From contig NC_043021.1 of the NCBI RefSeq assembly GCF_006345805.1, positions 11,594,001 to 11,658,000 on the forward strand: a DNA stretch of 64,000 nucleotides, read 5' to 3'. The notes beneath the pieces are model-generated. The model saw only the letters and a program-made list of their open reading frames with translations. It made no database searches and was not told where the DNA came from. Positions 1 to 13,782 of this stretch are shown piece by piece. This DNA comes from Octopus sinensis. Lineage: Eukaryota. The number at the start of each line of letters is the position of its first letter. Positions within the stretch are counted from its first letter, which is position 1. The translations under genes were made by a program, and so were the position numbers.

Positions 1-269
1 TTGAATGGTACTTTTTACACGCCATTGGCATGAGGGCCTGTCAGGCAGTACTGGCATTAACCTCGCTTGAATGGTGCTTTTTACGTGCCACTGGCATGGG
101 AGCGCATAGTGGTTAGAGTATTCAGCTTACAATCATAAGGTCTGGAGTTCCACTCCCAGCAGCATGTATTCCTTATAGAACTATGAACTAAACAGTTACA
201 CATCTTGTAAAACTGTCAGCTAGGTGGTTAAATATCCTGTAAATATGTTGTGGCCTAGACAATCTACTC

Positions 270-655
270 TATGTCCAAACTATCCAGATCTGGCTTTTCA
301 CACCTATCTTACAATAGTCATTAAAAAAATAAGCAACCACAATCACTGAAATCTTAAAGCTACGAGATAATGCATGATTAATTCAACACAATGTGAGTAC
401 ATTTGAAAGAATTTGAATGCTAAAGGGTTAAAAAGGTAGAATATTTGGGCTGGATGAGGCCGGTTTAAATGCTAAAGAGTGAAACTGACCAAATCCAGCT
501 TCTCACACCTACCCTACAATGTCATTCTAAAAATAAACAATCATAATCACTTAGTGAAAATTTTGAAGCTATGAGATAAAAAGAGATTAATTCAAAGCTA
601 TGAGAATAAATAAGCATTAGATTTGACAAAGTAATCTGATTGGTAAAGTGTTAAA
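270..655. mobile_element. Cluster of reverse-orientation MITE family 1 fragments
   Basis: Repeated ctacaatgtcattct...gctaaagggttaa segments. Confidence 0.65.
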
Positions 656-1366
656 CCTTCGAATGGATTAAGCTTTAGCTAATGTTTCATACACAATTGC
701 ATGATTTGTTAATCTCTTAAGAAATTAAAACTAATCCTTTCTGCTAAACTTTTGTGGGGAGGGTATGAGACAATTACATCAACCCCAGTTTTTCATTGGT
801 ACTTAATTTATCGACCCTGAAAGGATAAAAGGCAACGTTGACCTCAGCAGAATTTGAACTCAAAATGTAAAGGCAGAAGAACTGTCGCTAAGCATTTTGC
901 CTGATGCGCTAACGATTCTGCCACCTCGCCAGAAAGTAAAAAAAAGATTACTATCATCACCACCATCATTGTATTAACAGCCACTTATCCATGTTCACAA
1001 GGGCCAGATGGAATTCATTGAGGTGGGTCTTCTATGGCCAGAATACTCTTTCCGTTGCGAAACCCTCACCTGTTTCTAATTAAGGTAATGTTTCCCCAGG
1101 ACTAGACAATGCTAGGAAGCTAGGAAATGACAGACATTGCCGGCATGGTTTACAAGTGTAACACAATGGCAAGAGAAGGTGACATGAACACACACAAAAG
1201 GAAAGACGCAGGAAGATGTGGGATGAAGCGGTGAACTATGATTTTCAGTTGTTGAGTCTCACAGAGGCAATGGCAAGTGGCCAAGACTTGTGGCATTTTG
1301 AAGTGATTAAGCCTTTTGATACCAACCCACCTGAAACTGCCTCTGTAGTACAAATGTTTTTATTTA

Positions 1367-1718
1367 GTGCCGGTGGTACATAAGAGAACCATCCGAGCGT
1401 GGCCGTTGCCAGCGCCACCCCGACTGGTCTTGTGCCGATGGTACGTAGAAAGCACCATCCAATTGTGGCTGTTGCCAGCCTCGCCTGGCCCCTGTGCCGG
1501 TGGCACGTAAAAAGCTCCATCCGATCGTGGCCGTTTGCCAGCCTCGTCTGGCACGTAAAAAGCACCCACTACACTCACGGAGTGGTTGGCGTTAGGAAGG
1601 GCATCCAGCCGTAGAAACATTGCCAGATCAGACTGGGCCTGGTGCAGCCTTCTGGCTTCACAGACCCCAATTGAACCGTCCAACCCATGCTAGCATGGAA
1701 AGCGGATGCTAAACGAAG
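1367..1718 (+). mobile_element. Retroposon family E with internal ~45-60 bp tandem units and an RTE-like (gat)n tail
   Basis: Repeated gtggccgttgccagc..ggcacgtaaaaagcacc units, then ggaagggcatccagc...aacccatgctagcatgg. Sister copies at 8549-8824 (+), 56262-56575 (-), 7955-8118 (+) and 1-100 (-). Confidence 0.75.
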
Positions 1719-2582
1719 ATTTACATTTGACAGATATTTGTCCTCATTTTGTTTGTTGTTAACACGTTTCAGCTGATATACCCTCCAGCCTTCATCAGGT
1801 GTCTTGGGGAAATTTCAAACCCGGGTTCTCATTCCTAAGGTATTTTTCAATATTATTATTATTATCATTATGGATCTTTACCTTTTGACCTACAGATTTA
1901 AAAAATAATTTTCTTTAACTAAACACTTTCAAACTTCGGACGCTGGTAGAATGTGTCATATAAAACATGTTTTACTCTTAGCATTTTTGAGAAAAACTTA
2001 TATTTATGAAGATATTTCACCTTAAAGTTCTCGTAATTTCAACCAATCAATGACGTGTATTCAGTTGAATAAAATTACTGCTGTTGTTTGTAAACAACAA
2101 CCATCGGTGGTGTATTTTTCGTTTGTCACTGTTATTTATGACATCGTTCGTGTGTTTTATACTGGTTTTAGGGTTAGGGTTTATGGGTTAGTGTGTTAGG
2201 GTTGTCATAAATAACAGTGACAAACGAAATATACACCACCGGAAGTTCTTGCTGACAAACAACGGCAGTAATTTTATTCAGCTGAATACACATCATTGAT
2301 TGGTTGAAATTACCGAAATAGGCCAACTTTAAGGTGAAATAACTTCGTAAATATAAGTTTTTCTCAGAAATGCTAAGAGTAAAACATGTTTTATATGACA
2401 CATTCTACCAGTGTCTGAAGTTTGAAAGTGTTTAGTTACAAAAAATTATTTTTTAATCTGTAGGTCAAAAGGTAAAGATCCATCATCATCATTATTATTA
2501 TTCAGGTCACTGCTTGGAATCGAACTCAGAATCTTGGGGTTAGTAGCCCACACTCTTAACCACTACGCCATATGCCCGTGAG
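1719..2582 (-). mobile_element. Second copy of the tRNA-headed SINE with hammerhead-like motif (1761-1805), split by a fold-back MITE
   Basis: Head 2490-2582 (tggcgtagtgg, gagttcgattcc). Tail 1719-1860 contains CTGATGA-A-GGCTG..CAGCT-GAAA-CGT and aligns with 40963-41218. Confidence 0.7.
1872..2481. mobile_element. Non-autonomous fold-back DNA element (Merlin-like candidate) with ~270 bp TIRs and a TTAGGG-containing core
   Basis: Termini GGATCTTTACC...GGTAAAGATCC. Arms 1872-2143 and 2203-2481 are inverted copies. Flanks atcattat/atcatcat resemble an 8-bp TSD. Confidence 0.8.
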
Positions 2583-4086
2583 CAATTATGGAGTGAATTT
2601 TAGGGGCTTATAAATCTAATATTTTGCTATCCTTCCTTAATACTGGTTCCCATATGCTACTCATATCTGCACTCAGTCTGTTTAGAAGGTTGTTGAGTCC
2701 TAGCATGTGCTGCTGCTTTTAGTTTTCATATTTTCCAGCACATATGCTAGGTTAAGAGTGCAGGCTACTTACCTCAAGATTGTGAGTTCGATTCCAAGCA
2801 GTGTCCTGGATAATAATATCGAAAAATGATAAGTTATTTTACTAAATTCTTTGTTATTTTCATCATCATTTAATGTCCACCTTCCATGCTAGCATGGATG
2901 GGACGGTTTCACAAGAGCTGGCCGAGCAGAAGCCTGCACCAGACTTCTGTGACTGTTTTGGCAGGATTTTTACGGCTGGATGCCCTTCCTAACACCAACC
3001 ACTCAGCAGAGTGGACTCCTGTTATATTTAAAACCAATTGAAACAAGCACAGAGTATCTCAACAGAAACATGGTAACAAAAGGGTTAAGACATGTCAAGC
3101 AAAGTGAAATCGTGGTCAAGGTCAGGACTTGTGACACATAAAAGGCACCCAGGACACTCTGTAAAGTGTTGAGGTTAAGAAGGGCATCAAGCTGTAGAAA
3201 CCAAACCAAAACAGGCATCTGTTTTGGAGCCAGGTGCAACCCTCCAGCCCCGGTCAAACCATCCAACCCATGTCAGCATAGAAAATGGACATTAAATGAT
3301 GATATATATATTCTTTTACTTGTTTCAGTCATTTGACTGTGGCCATGCTGGAGCACTGCCTTTAGTCAAGCATATCAACCCCAGGACTTATTCTTTGTAG
3401 CCCTAGTACTTATTCTATCATGATGATGATGGTGGTTGTGATGTTGATGATAAAAGCGGTACAAGAAATGGTACTAATGAATATGGTGGAGGACGTGGTG
3501 GTGACAGTGATGGTGGTGGAGACGGCATTGACAATGGCAGTGGTGGTGATGATGGTGTTGGGTGATAGTGGAGATGGTAGTGATGATGGGGGTGGTGATG
3601 GAGATGATAGTGATGATGATGGTGGTGGTGGTGGAGATGGTAGTGATGATGGTGGAGGTGGTGATGGTAGTGATGATGGTAGATGGTGGTGAGATGGTAA
3701 TGATGATGGTGGTGGTGGTAGAGATGGCAGTGATGACGACGGTGATGATAGCGATCATGGCAGTGATAATAATAATGATGACGATGGAGGAAGAGATGAT
3801 AAAGAACTCTTGTCAATTTCAAGATGTTTTCTTTAGGGGCAGGGGTTAGTGGGAAGGGTCTTCACACGATATTCCCCCCCCCCCCGCCCGTATCAAGACA
3901 TCAGAGCAAATAATAACTCAGCCTTCCAAGCGAATGGGAGCAGGGGGGGGGAGTGGGTGGACGAAACAGCAAAGTGTAACACTTTTCAAGCATTGAACCT
4001 GGCAGCAAACCAACCGAAAACAAGAAAACTAGGTTGCTATCTCAATTTGTTCCTGCCTATTTCACCTAGTATTGACAAATCCATTA

Positions 4087-4089
<3 letters not shown>

Positions 4090-4139
<50 letters not shown>

Positions 4140-4960
4140 TGTGTGTACACACACACACACGTTTGTATATATATACATATGAACATATATGTCTACATAC
4201 ATGTGAATGTGTGTGTATACACACACATACTCGCACACAGAGGTGTATATAAATGTACACACAAACACGCATATATATAGAAACACACACATGCACACAC
4301 ACATGTACAGATATATATCTATATATATACACACAGATACATATACACACACATATATACAGATACATATATATATATATATATACACATATATACACAG
4401 ATACATATACACACACACACATGTACAGATACATATATATATATATATATATACACAAATATACACAGATACATATACACACATATATATATATACACAC
4501 ACATATATACACAGATACATATATACACAGATACATATTCACACATATATACACAGATACATATACACACATATATACACAGATACATATATATATACAC
4601 ACATATATTCAACAGATACATATATATACACACATATTCAACAGATACATATATATATATACACAGATACATACATATATACACATATATACACAGATAC
4701 ATATATATATACACATATATTACACAGATACATATATATATACACATACATACACAGATACATATATATATACACATATATAGACACATACACATATACA
4801 TATATATACAGATACATATACACATATATACAGATTCACACATATATACACATATACACACAAATACACAGACATATATATATACAAATACGCACATAGA
4901 TACAAATATTCAGATACACATATATTCACAGATATACACAAACACACATATATACACATT
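4090..4960. repeat. Compound (AT)/(AC) minisatellite with a recurring cacagatacat anchor
   Basis: Visible periodicity; source of the HTYI-type spurious ORFs. Confidence 0.9.
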
Positions 4961-5029
4961 TATGCACATATAAATAGGTTACATGTATTAAATAACACTT
5001 GTGGTTGAGTTTTTAATGGATGGAAATTG

Positions 5030-5330
5030 GAGATGAGCAGAGCAGAGTGGGGGTGGAATATTACAGCCAGATCCAACTTTATAAACTGAACGAGGTCACA
5101 GGAAGGTATAAAACCTAGAAAACTACAGCTTAATAAGGCCCCGATATGCCTTCTCTCTAGGGTGGGAAGGACGGACGGAACACTAATAGTTACTCCAGCT
5201 CTAAACATCTGCTGATTCTGAATTCTATATGCAAATCACAACACCATCAGATGCACCCAAGCAATGAATACAGATCTGACGGGGAGTGGAACAGCTGCTT
5301 TGTACAGAAAGCTCCGACACGAGGCGGGGT
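5030..5330 (-). mobile_element. Possible highly degraded CR1/Jockey-group LINE fragment
   Basis: Patchy motifs in the expected order across frameshifts: FLYKA..., WGAS, YRIQN, LPTLERRH, FHPHS. Confidence 0.35.
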
Positions 5331-5456
5331 GGCCTCTCAACCAAAATCTCCTTCAGATCACACCATCCCATTGTAAAGAGAATACATGTGACATGTTGGA
5401 CGATATATTTCTAAATAGACAAAGACATGATGGTTATGGTTGGAACATCTTAAAGT

Positions 5457-6172
5457 CTTTAGCATTCTGATGATTTCCGTCAAATGTAATGCTTGTTTAT
5501 TCCTAAGGTTTTGAATTAATTGTGTATTATCCTGTAACGTGAAGATTTCAAAGATGTGATTGTTTATCCTAAAATGTCATTGTAGGGTAGGTGTGAGAGG
5601 TTGGATATGGCCAGTTAAACCCTTTAGCATACACATTATTCTGTCAAAAATAACCCTTATTTATTCACTTTGTCTTGAATTAATCATGCATTATCTCGTA
5701 GCTTTGAGATTTTGATGATGTGATTTTGATTTTTAGAATGACATTGTAGGGTAGGTGTGAGAGGCCAGATATGGCCAGTTAAACCCTTTAGCATTCAGAT
5801 TACTCTGGTCAAAAGTAATGCTTATTTATTCACATTGTTTTGAATTAATCAAGCATTATCTCATAGCTTTCAGATTTTGATAGGATAACTTAATTTTTAG
5901 GAGGACATTGTAGGGTAAGTGTGAGAGGCCAGATCTGGCTAATTAAAAAAACCCTTTAGCACTCAGACTCTTCTGCCAAATGTAATGCTCTTTTATTCAT
6001 ACTGTCTTGAATTAATCGTGCATTATTTTGTGGCTTCGAGATTTCAAAGATGTGATTTGTTTGTTTTTACTATGACATTGTAGAGCAGGTGTGAGATGTT
6101 GGATTTGACCAGTTTGAATGTAAAAGAGGCAGAATATTTTGGCCAGATGCGGCTGGTTTAAATGCTAAGGGG
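5457..6172. repeat. Head-to-tail array of four MITE family 1 units (period ~165 bp); only the last is complete
   Basis: Units start at ~5457, 5620, 5784 and 5952, and the last ends gggttaa. Confidence 0.8.
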
Positions 6173-6415
6173 TTAAACAAAGATTTGGGAGGTGTGTAGC
6201 TTAGTGGTTAGGGTGTTGGACTCCTGATTGTAAGATTGTGGTTTCCATTCCTGGATCAGTTGACGCATTGTGTTCTTGAGCAAAACACTTCATTTCACAT
6301 TACTCCAGGCCACTCAGCTGGCAAAAATGAGTAATGCTGTAACTGACCAGCATTTCATCGAAGAAATCAGCCCCTGTGAGTTCGTATGACTCAAGAAGGT
6401 CACTTTATTTTTTAA

Positions 6416-6635
6416 CCCTTTTGTTACCAACCCAGCTGAAACCGGCTCTGACTGAGTACAAATGTCTTGTTTTCATAAGTTTTAAATTAAAATCTTCCAC
6501 CAAACCTTAGTCACAATTTATGTTCCTAACACTAGCTGAATGATAATTAAGTTATTGTACTAAATTCTTTGTTATATTTAAATTAAAACTGAAAGAAATA
6601 TAGAGCATCTCAAAATAAATATGGCAACGAGAGGG
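6416..6635. mobile_element. piggyBac-type MITE family 2 (~220 bp), complete
   Basis: TTAA|CCCTTTTGTTACC...GAGAGGG|TTAA. Confidence 0.8.
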
Positions 6636-7439
6636 TTAAACAAAGGTCTACTCTGTCAAGTCTGACCTAGGGCTGAACAGTACTTGCTCAGATCATACTT
6701 TGTCTAGGGCCCACAAATCCAGATGAAGCCAATAGGAGTGTCATGCCTTGAGTATTTAACCTTTGAGGATTTAAACCAGACACAGATGTATCTGGCCCAA
6801 ATATTCTACCTATTTTGAATTCAAACCAGCCAGATTTGGCTCCTTTCATTTGCCCTACTAAAGATTCCCTTTGGTCAATTGTGAAGCAGACTCCTTAAAT
6901 ACACACAGATGTATGTCTATATACGTAGATACATTTTAAGAACCCCTTTGGTCATGAATAACCATGAGACTGCACCTAAAAAGTGTCCTCTGAGGTATAA
7001 GTCCAGGCAAAGTTGTTTATGGAAGACCAGTAGTTGCCCATACATGCCAGCCTCTCCTCTCCATGCCACTGATGTTATCCGAGGGAAAGGCAAGGGCCAA
7101 TACAGCTTGGCACCAGTGGCATTGCAACCCATATCTACAGCTGAGTGAACTGGAACAACATGAAATAAAGTGTCTTGCTCAAGAACACAACACACAGCTC
7201 AATCCGGGAATCAAACTCACTGCCTTACAATTGTGAGTCCAGCACTCACCACAGAGCCATACATCTTCACTTGCCCTACAATGTCATTCTAAAAGCTATC
7301 CATCACATCACAGAAATCTCAGGGCTATGAGATGCTGCATCATTAACGTAAAACAACAAAAGCTGAGATCATGCTAGGACATTTAGTCGAACAAATCGAT
7401 TCCAGTACTTTTGTAATTGCTGGAATAAAAATAGAACAG

Positions 7440-7915
7440 AGAAAATTCAGAGGGATTTTACCTCTGTTGGTAACCAAAGTTCTCTCACTCCAAGTGAAAG
7501 TAATATTGTATGAATTGCAGAGCTTCATGGTAGTGAGACATGGGCCCTGAACACAGAGGATATGCAAAAAGGCCAGAGAGGAACGAAGCTGGTATGCTCT
7601 GTTGGATGTGCAATGTCAGAGTGTGTGTGTGTGACAGAGCACTAGCATAATGAGAGAAAAGTTAGGCCTAAGAGGAATTATATACAGTGTGCGAGAGAGA
7701 AGACTGCACTGGTTTGGTTATGTGATGTGGATGGAGAAGGACGGTTGCATGAAGAAGTGCCAATCACTTGGAGTGGATTGAAGCTGTGGAAGAGGGAGAC
7801 CCAGGAAGACATGGGATGAAGTAAAGAAGGTAGATCTCAAAATGCTGAACTTTATGAAGGAGACGACAGAGGATGCAGATGTGGCACACAGCTGTACTCA
7901 AGAAGACCTGCCCAC
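7440..7915 (+). mobile_element. Degenerate RTE ORF2 3' fragment
   Basis: LHGSETWALNTEDM...NEAGMLCWMCN...MREKLGLRGI...ERRLHWFGYV...GRGRPRKTWDEV with frameshifts. Confidence 0.8.
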
Positions 7916-8160
7916 CACAACAGAATTGATATCCTAAAACCAATGTGACATATAATAAGCACTTACGATGGTCCCACATAAAAAGCACCCAGTACACTGT
8001 AAAGTGGTTGGCATTAGGAAGGCCATCCAGCTGTAGAAACCAAGCCACAACAGACAATGGAATCTGGTGCAGACCCTGGCCTTGCCAGTTCCTGTCAAAC
8101 CATCCAACCCATTCCAGAATGAAAAACAAATGTATGAAGGAAGCCTGTTGTGTGTATGTA

Positions 8161-8527
8161 CAGGGTATCCAGAAAGTTTCTCCCGATTTTTATTTTGTCG
8201 TACATTGTATTGTTATTGCAGGTGAGGCTTCGAGGAACATGGCTTTTGGACAGAATTGGAATCAACAAATTGGTGCTGTCCGACATCACTATCAGTGTGG
8301 TTCAAATGCAGTGGAGGCAAGTTGTTGTCTCAGTTAACAGTTTCATATTCATAAGGTTCATGAGTAGGAACATCAAGTCACTCGCTAACAAGTTCAAAAT
8401 AACATTCATAGTTATCATTGTTTCATTTGTAGTTATTATTCATCAGTGTTCTATACAATAAAGTTAATTAGAAAATCTACAATTAGTTTTCATATTAAAA
8501 ATCAGGCGATACTTTTAGAACACTTTG
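8161..8527. mobile_element. Old Tc1/mariner-type MITE
   Basis: TA-flanked degenerate ~30 bp TIRs cagggtatccagaaagtttctcccgatttt / aaaatcaggcgatacttttagaacactttg. Confidence 0.55.
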
Positions 8528-9702
8528 TATATATATATATAGATACTCGTGCCGGTGGCATGTTAAAAGCACTGTCCGAACGTGGCAGATGCCAGCGCCG
8601 CCTGACTGGCGTCTGTGGCAGTGACACGTAAAAGCACCAACCGATCGTGACCGTTTGCCAGCCTCCTCTGGCCCCTGGGCTGGTGGCATGTAAAAAGCAC
8701 CCACTACACTCACGGAGTAGTTGGCGTTAGGAAGGGCATCCAGCTGTAGAAACACTGCCAGACCCCGGTCAAACCGTCCAACCCATGCTAGCATGGGAAA
8801 CAGACGTTAAACGATGATGATGATTATATATATATATATATATATACATAGGTTAGATATATATAGGGTAGCGAATATTCTTAGAAATTTCACCACCAGT
8901 GGCCTAGCATGTATAGAAAGTCAATAGACAACATATTCTCAATATAAAATAGTGTACATTTACACACAAGAGAAAACTACCTTTAACAGGTAATTTTTAC
9001 ATGCTAGAAGAAGCAGTCAAAACGACCTATACATAGGTGTGTTTGTGCCTGCATTCCCTGCCACTACTTGACAACTGGTGGTTGTGTTTATGTTGCTGTA
9101 ACTTAGCAGTTAGGCAAAAGAGATCGACAGAATAAGCACTGGACTTTGAAAAAAAAAATACTGGAGTTAATTCTTCAAGGCAGTACCCCAGCATGGCTGC
9201 AATCTAAATGACAAGATAAAAAAATCCTCATCATCCTTTATCGTCTGTTTTTCCAAGGAACAGAGTGAATCGAAGGCCGAGAGTTTCGTGCGTTGGCACT
9301 TACCAAACTAGTTTCACATCAAAAGGCTGTGATACATATGCTCATAGTTTGAGTTCTATTTTTCATGTTTGCATCACTATACCTCTCTCTCTCTCTGTTC
9401 CTTCTCAAGTCATGATTGTCTCATAAGGGCTGGTTTCTCGGTTTCATTGGCGTATAGGTTCCCTGCCTGGACGGGACGCCAGTTTGTTGCTGGTGAGCCG
9501 CTAGATGCAGGAGGAAAGAGTGAGAGAAAGTTGTGGCGAAAGAGTCAGCAGAGGTTTGCCATTACCTTCTGCCGGAGCCACGTGGAGCTTAGGTGTTTCA
9601 CTTATAAACAGACACATCGCCTGGTCCGAGATTTGAACCCACGATCCTTTGACTGCTGCTCTAACCACTAGGCCATGTGATGTGCCTCATATATATATAT
9701 TG

Positions 9703-10005
9703 TGGAGGCACAATGGCCCAGTGGTTAGGGCAGCGGACTCACGGTCGTAGGATCGCAGTTTCGATTCCCAGACCAGGCGTTGTGAGTGTTTATTGAGCGA
9801 AAACACCTAAAGCTCCACGAGGCTCCGGCAGAGGATGGTGGCGATCCCTGCTGTACTCTTTCACTACAACTTTCTCTCACTCTTTCTTCTGTTGGCCTGC
9901 TCGCTTAGCCAGCGAGGTGGTGTCATTTGAAGGCTAAAACAATGCAAAGCGCATTGTGACCAGCGATGTGTAGCAACATCTGATAGCCTGGTCGATCACG
10001 GTGAT
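9703..10005 (+). mobile_element. tRNA-derived SINE family B (tggaggcgcaatggcccagtggttagggcagcgg...)
   Basis: A box tggcccagtgg and B box gtttcgattccc. Sister copies at 50436-50733 (-), 22059-22432 (+, different tail), 41563-41750 (+), 19796-20082 (+) and 9405-9678 (-). Confidence 0.85.
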
Positions 10006-10610
10006 ATATATATATTATTTTTTTTTAGTAAAACAAATCTGGAGAAGCTCACTAAGTAGGGCAGTCTATATTTATTACTGAAGGCCAGTTTATAGGGTAC
10101 CTTTATGGCATATCTTCAGACCATAAGACCTATTTCCCCTCCTCATATTTTAAAGAGGTCATAAGCCTATTTCCCCTCCCCATATTTTAAAGAGGTTTAA
10201 GGGTCTGAAGATACACCATAAAGGTACCCTTTATGGCGAGAAACCCAAAATTATATATATATATAGATAAATATATATATATTCACACACACACACACAT
10301 ATGCACAGGCGTGGCTGTGTGGTAACAAGCTTTCTTCCTAACCACATGGGTCACTGCCTTGAAGAAATTTAGTCGAATGAATCGACTCCAGTACTTATTT
10401 TCTAAAAGCCTGGTATTTATTCTGTTGCTCTCTTTTACTGAACCACTAAGTTATGGGGATGTAAACACACCAGCATCAGTTGTCTAGAGGTGGTGGGGTG
10501 ACAAACACAGACATGAAGACACACACATATGTGTGTATGTGACCTCGTGAGCACCGCCAGCAAATTTTTTTTCCTCTGTCTTCCCTTCTCGGGATCTTTC
10601 CTTCTCCTTT

Positions 10611-10645
10611 GTTTCCGATGAAGAGCTCCGCTCGAAACGTTAAAC
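10611..10645 (+). ncRNA. Minimal hammerhead motif, U4C variant, in a ~200 bp Penelope-like terminal-repeat relic (10545-10745)
   Basis: GTTT-CCGATGA-A-GAGC-TCC-GCTC-GAAA-CGT-T-AAAC. A sister copy at 29275-29309 keeps CTGATGA. Confidence 0.6.
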
Positions 10646-10739
10646 CCTCCTTCTTCTCTTCTTCCTGAGCGTCCAATAATACTATATTTGTTCCACGTCC
10701 TTGTGTTGCTGTGTTTTTTTTGTGTTTTCTTGTTTGGAT

Positions 10740-10881
<142 letters not shown>

Positions 10882-10961
10882 CACACACACAACAGCTTCT
10901 TTCTACCAAATCCACTCACAAGGCTTTGGTTGGCCCGAGGCTATAGTAGAAGGCACTATAA

Positions 10962-11192
10962 GGCGGTGAGCTGGCAGAACTGTTAGCACGCCAGCCGAAA
11001 TGCTGAGCGGTATTTTGTCTGCCGTTACATTCTGAGTTCAAATTCCGCCGAGGTCGACTTTGCCTTCCATCCTTTCGGGGTCGATAAATATAGTACCAGT
11101 TACACACTGGGGTTGATGTAACCGACTTAATCCGTTTGTCTGTCCTTGTTTGTCCCCTCTATGTTTGGCCCCTTGTGGGTAATAAAGAAATA
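10962..11192 (+). mobile_element. SINE family D (ggcggtgagctggcag...gtcgactttgcctttcatcctttcggggtcgataaa...) nested in a family A fragment
   Basis: 16-bp TSD tatagtagaaggcact (10942-10957) / tatagtagagggcact (11193-11208). Sister copies at 15958-16155, 38162-38392 and 47147-47362. Confidence 0.8.
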
Positions 11193-12249
11193 TATAGTAG
11201 AGGGCACTTTCCCAAGGTGCCATGCCGTGGGACTGAACCCAGAACCATGCGCTTGGAATGTAAGCTTCTTACCACACAGCCACGCCTGCGCTTATAGTTT
11301 TAGGGGCCAGGATTCGAACCTAGGCAGTAATCTGTTAAATCGTTATTACATTGTCGGGATGGAAAAGCACAGGATTTAAAAACATCTAAATTGATCGCAT
11401 CTGCCTATGAGCTGTTAGTGTAGATGATCATGATAGGAAACCTCCTCCACACGGCCACAGAACTACGAGCCAACGAGGAAGCTTTAAATAGGGCATACGA
11501 TCTGACAGAAATAACAGCCAATTGTCCCCCAACAGGCTCTAAAAATATAAAGGATTGGCACTGGATAACGCAGCTTTTTTTTTTTATACACTATGCTAAA
11601 AGGAAAAAAAGAGGCGTGATGGTCACTGCTAAATGTCTTTGACGATAAAGCACTCTGTATGGGAGGAAGCTGGCCTGGGGCTAAACAATAGAGCACACTA
11701 CTACTACTACTTCTACTACTACTACTATTGCTCATACAAATAAACTTTCAAACACACTCGTTCTCTCTGCCTTACCATCTATTGTACACACACATACACG
11801 CGCTTCACACGACCGCGCGCGCACGCACACACATGTAGTGACTCACAGATAGATGAGTCTTCTTTTACAAACACACACACACACACACACACAGCTACAC
11901 AGAGGCACGTTCATACACACACACACACAGCTACACACACACATACACATACATACACTCACAATGCCATCCTAACTATGATGAAAACAATAATCAGACA
12001 AAAGAGAGAAAGCCAGGAAATGGCATAGTTTTGGACCGTTGATGTTCTTGTTACTGCTACTGCTGCTATTACTGTTACTGCTAACTGTGATGGTGGCGGT
12101 GGTGGTGGTGGTCGTGGTGGCAGCGATGTTGCTACCGCTGTATTCTTTACTAGCAGACATTTACACTGCCTTCTTTATTCCTTTCTCTATCAATGCCAGC
12201 TTTCACTACAAGACACGTACACATTGTCTTCGAGTAAATGTGAGGCGTG

Positions 12250-12478
12250 TGTGTGTGTGTGAGTAAATATATATGTAAAGTGTGTGTGTGTGTGTATATA
12301 TATATATATGTATGTATAGTGTGTGTGTGTATATATATGTATAGTGTGTGTGTATATATATGTATAGTGTGTGTTGTGTGTATATATATATATATGTATA
12401 GTGTGTGTGTGTATATATATATGTATAGTGTGTGTGTGTATATATATATGTATAGTGTGTGTGTGTATATATATATGT

Positions 12479-12509
<31 letters not shown>

Positions 12510-12614
12510 GTATAGTGTGTGTGTATATATATATGTATAGTGTGTGTGTGTGTGTATATATATATATGTATAGTGTGTGTGTATATATATATATATACAC
12601 ACACACACTATGTG

Positions 12615-12645
<31 letters not shown>

Positions 12646-12650
12646 CCAAG
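12250..12650. repeat. Compound (GT)/(AT) minisatellite with a gtatagt anchor
   Basis: Repeated atgtatagtgtgtgtgtgtatatatat units. Confidence 0.9.
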
Positions 12651-13508
12651 TGTTTGTGTGTATACACATGCACCCACATACACGTGTGTGTATGCGTGTC
12701 CATATATATATTTCTTTATATCTTTGTCTCTTCGTAGCTATCTGCATAGAGAAACACAGAATCGTCCCAATGATTCGAAGCGATATGTTTATACACAAGT
12801 GCGTGTGTGTATATATATATATATGTATATATAGTGTGTGTGTGATGTTTATAAGTGACGTATACATATTGTGTGAAATGTATGTGCGTGTGTGCGACTG
12901 GGTGTATATGAGTGTCTGTAGATATGCAAAGTGAGTTAAATTGTGATCATATTTATGCAGCTGATGGGTGTGTGTGTGTGTGTGTGTGTGTGCATGTGTA
13001 ATGTCTATTAGTCTGTCTGTGCGTGTGTTTGTGTGTGGATTTATTTTACAGGCAATTCTTTTCACAAGACGTCAAAGAAAGACACACATTACATGCGGTA
13101 AAAGAAAAAGACGACGAAGAATACGAAAAAAAAAACAACAAAAAAAACTTATCCTTAACGAGAGACATTAAAGTAAACGAAATACATCTGACAGGAAAAG
13201 AGAATTAGAACAAGAACTCACCTAAGAAAACCAAAACTAAACACACTAAATCGGTTTAGTTTTTCGGTGCAAATAAAGTTCCAATTTACTTATTGTATAT
13301 AAATCTTTTTGTTGTGTTTTGATGCACATAATCCTTCTGTTTGCATGAGGGAAAACGTAAAAGATGTTGAGAAGATTTGTATGAAATCCAATCAATTTCT
13401 GCTTCGGAAGAAAGAGCCCTGCCTAAAAACGTTTAGAACTCTCTTATTCTCTTTGATAGCAAACTTCGCGGATATCTATCTATTTATGTGTGTGTGTGTG
13501 TGTATATA

Positions 13509-13565
<57 letters not shown>

Positions 13566-13715
13566 TGATTTCGAAAATAGATTTAGGAAAGAAACTGGAA
13601 GACTGTGTGTTCTGCTCCAAACACTGGAACTCCGATCTCCTCTCTCTCTACACACACACACCACAACGTTATTTTACGATTTTATATTCACATAGGCGTA
13701 TATATTCATACATGC

Positions 13716-13782
<67 letters not shown>

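Noticed and set aside
2490-2582. tRNA gene
   Set aside because: Only A/B boxes and an anticodon-like arm are present, without a complete acceptor stem. It is a SINE head; the same applies to the other SINE heads.
4062-4959. Several 150-230 aa H/T/Y/I or V/C/Y ORFs (also 12150-13065, 32703-33285 and similar)
   Set aside because: Dinucleotide-repeat artefacts, open in multiple frames on both strands.
13401-13440. Hammerhead-like cggaagaaagagccctgcctaaaaacgtttag
   Set aside because: Core, stem II and GAAA are all mutated, too degenerate to call.
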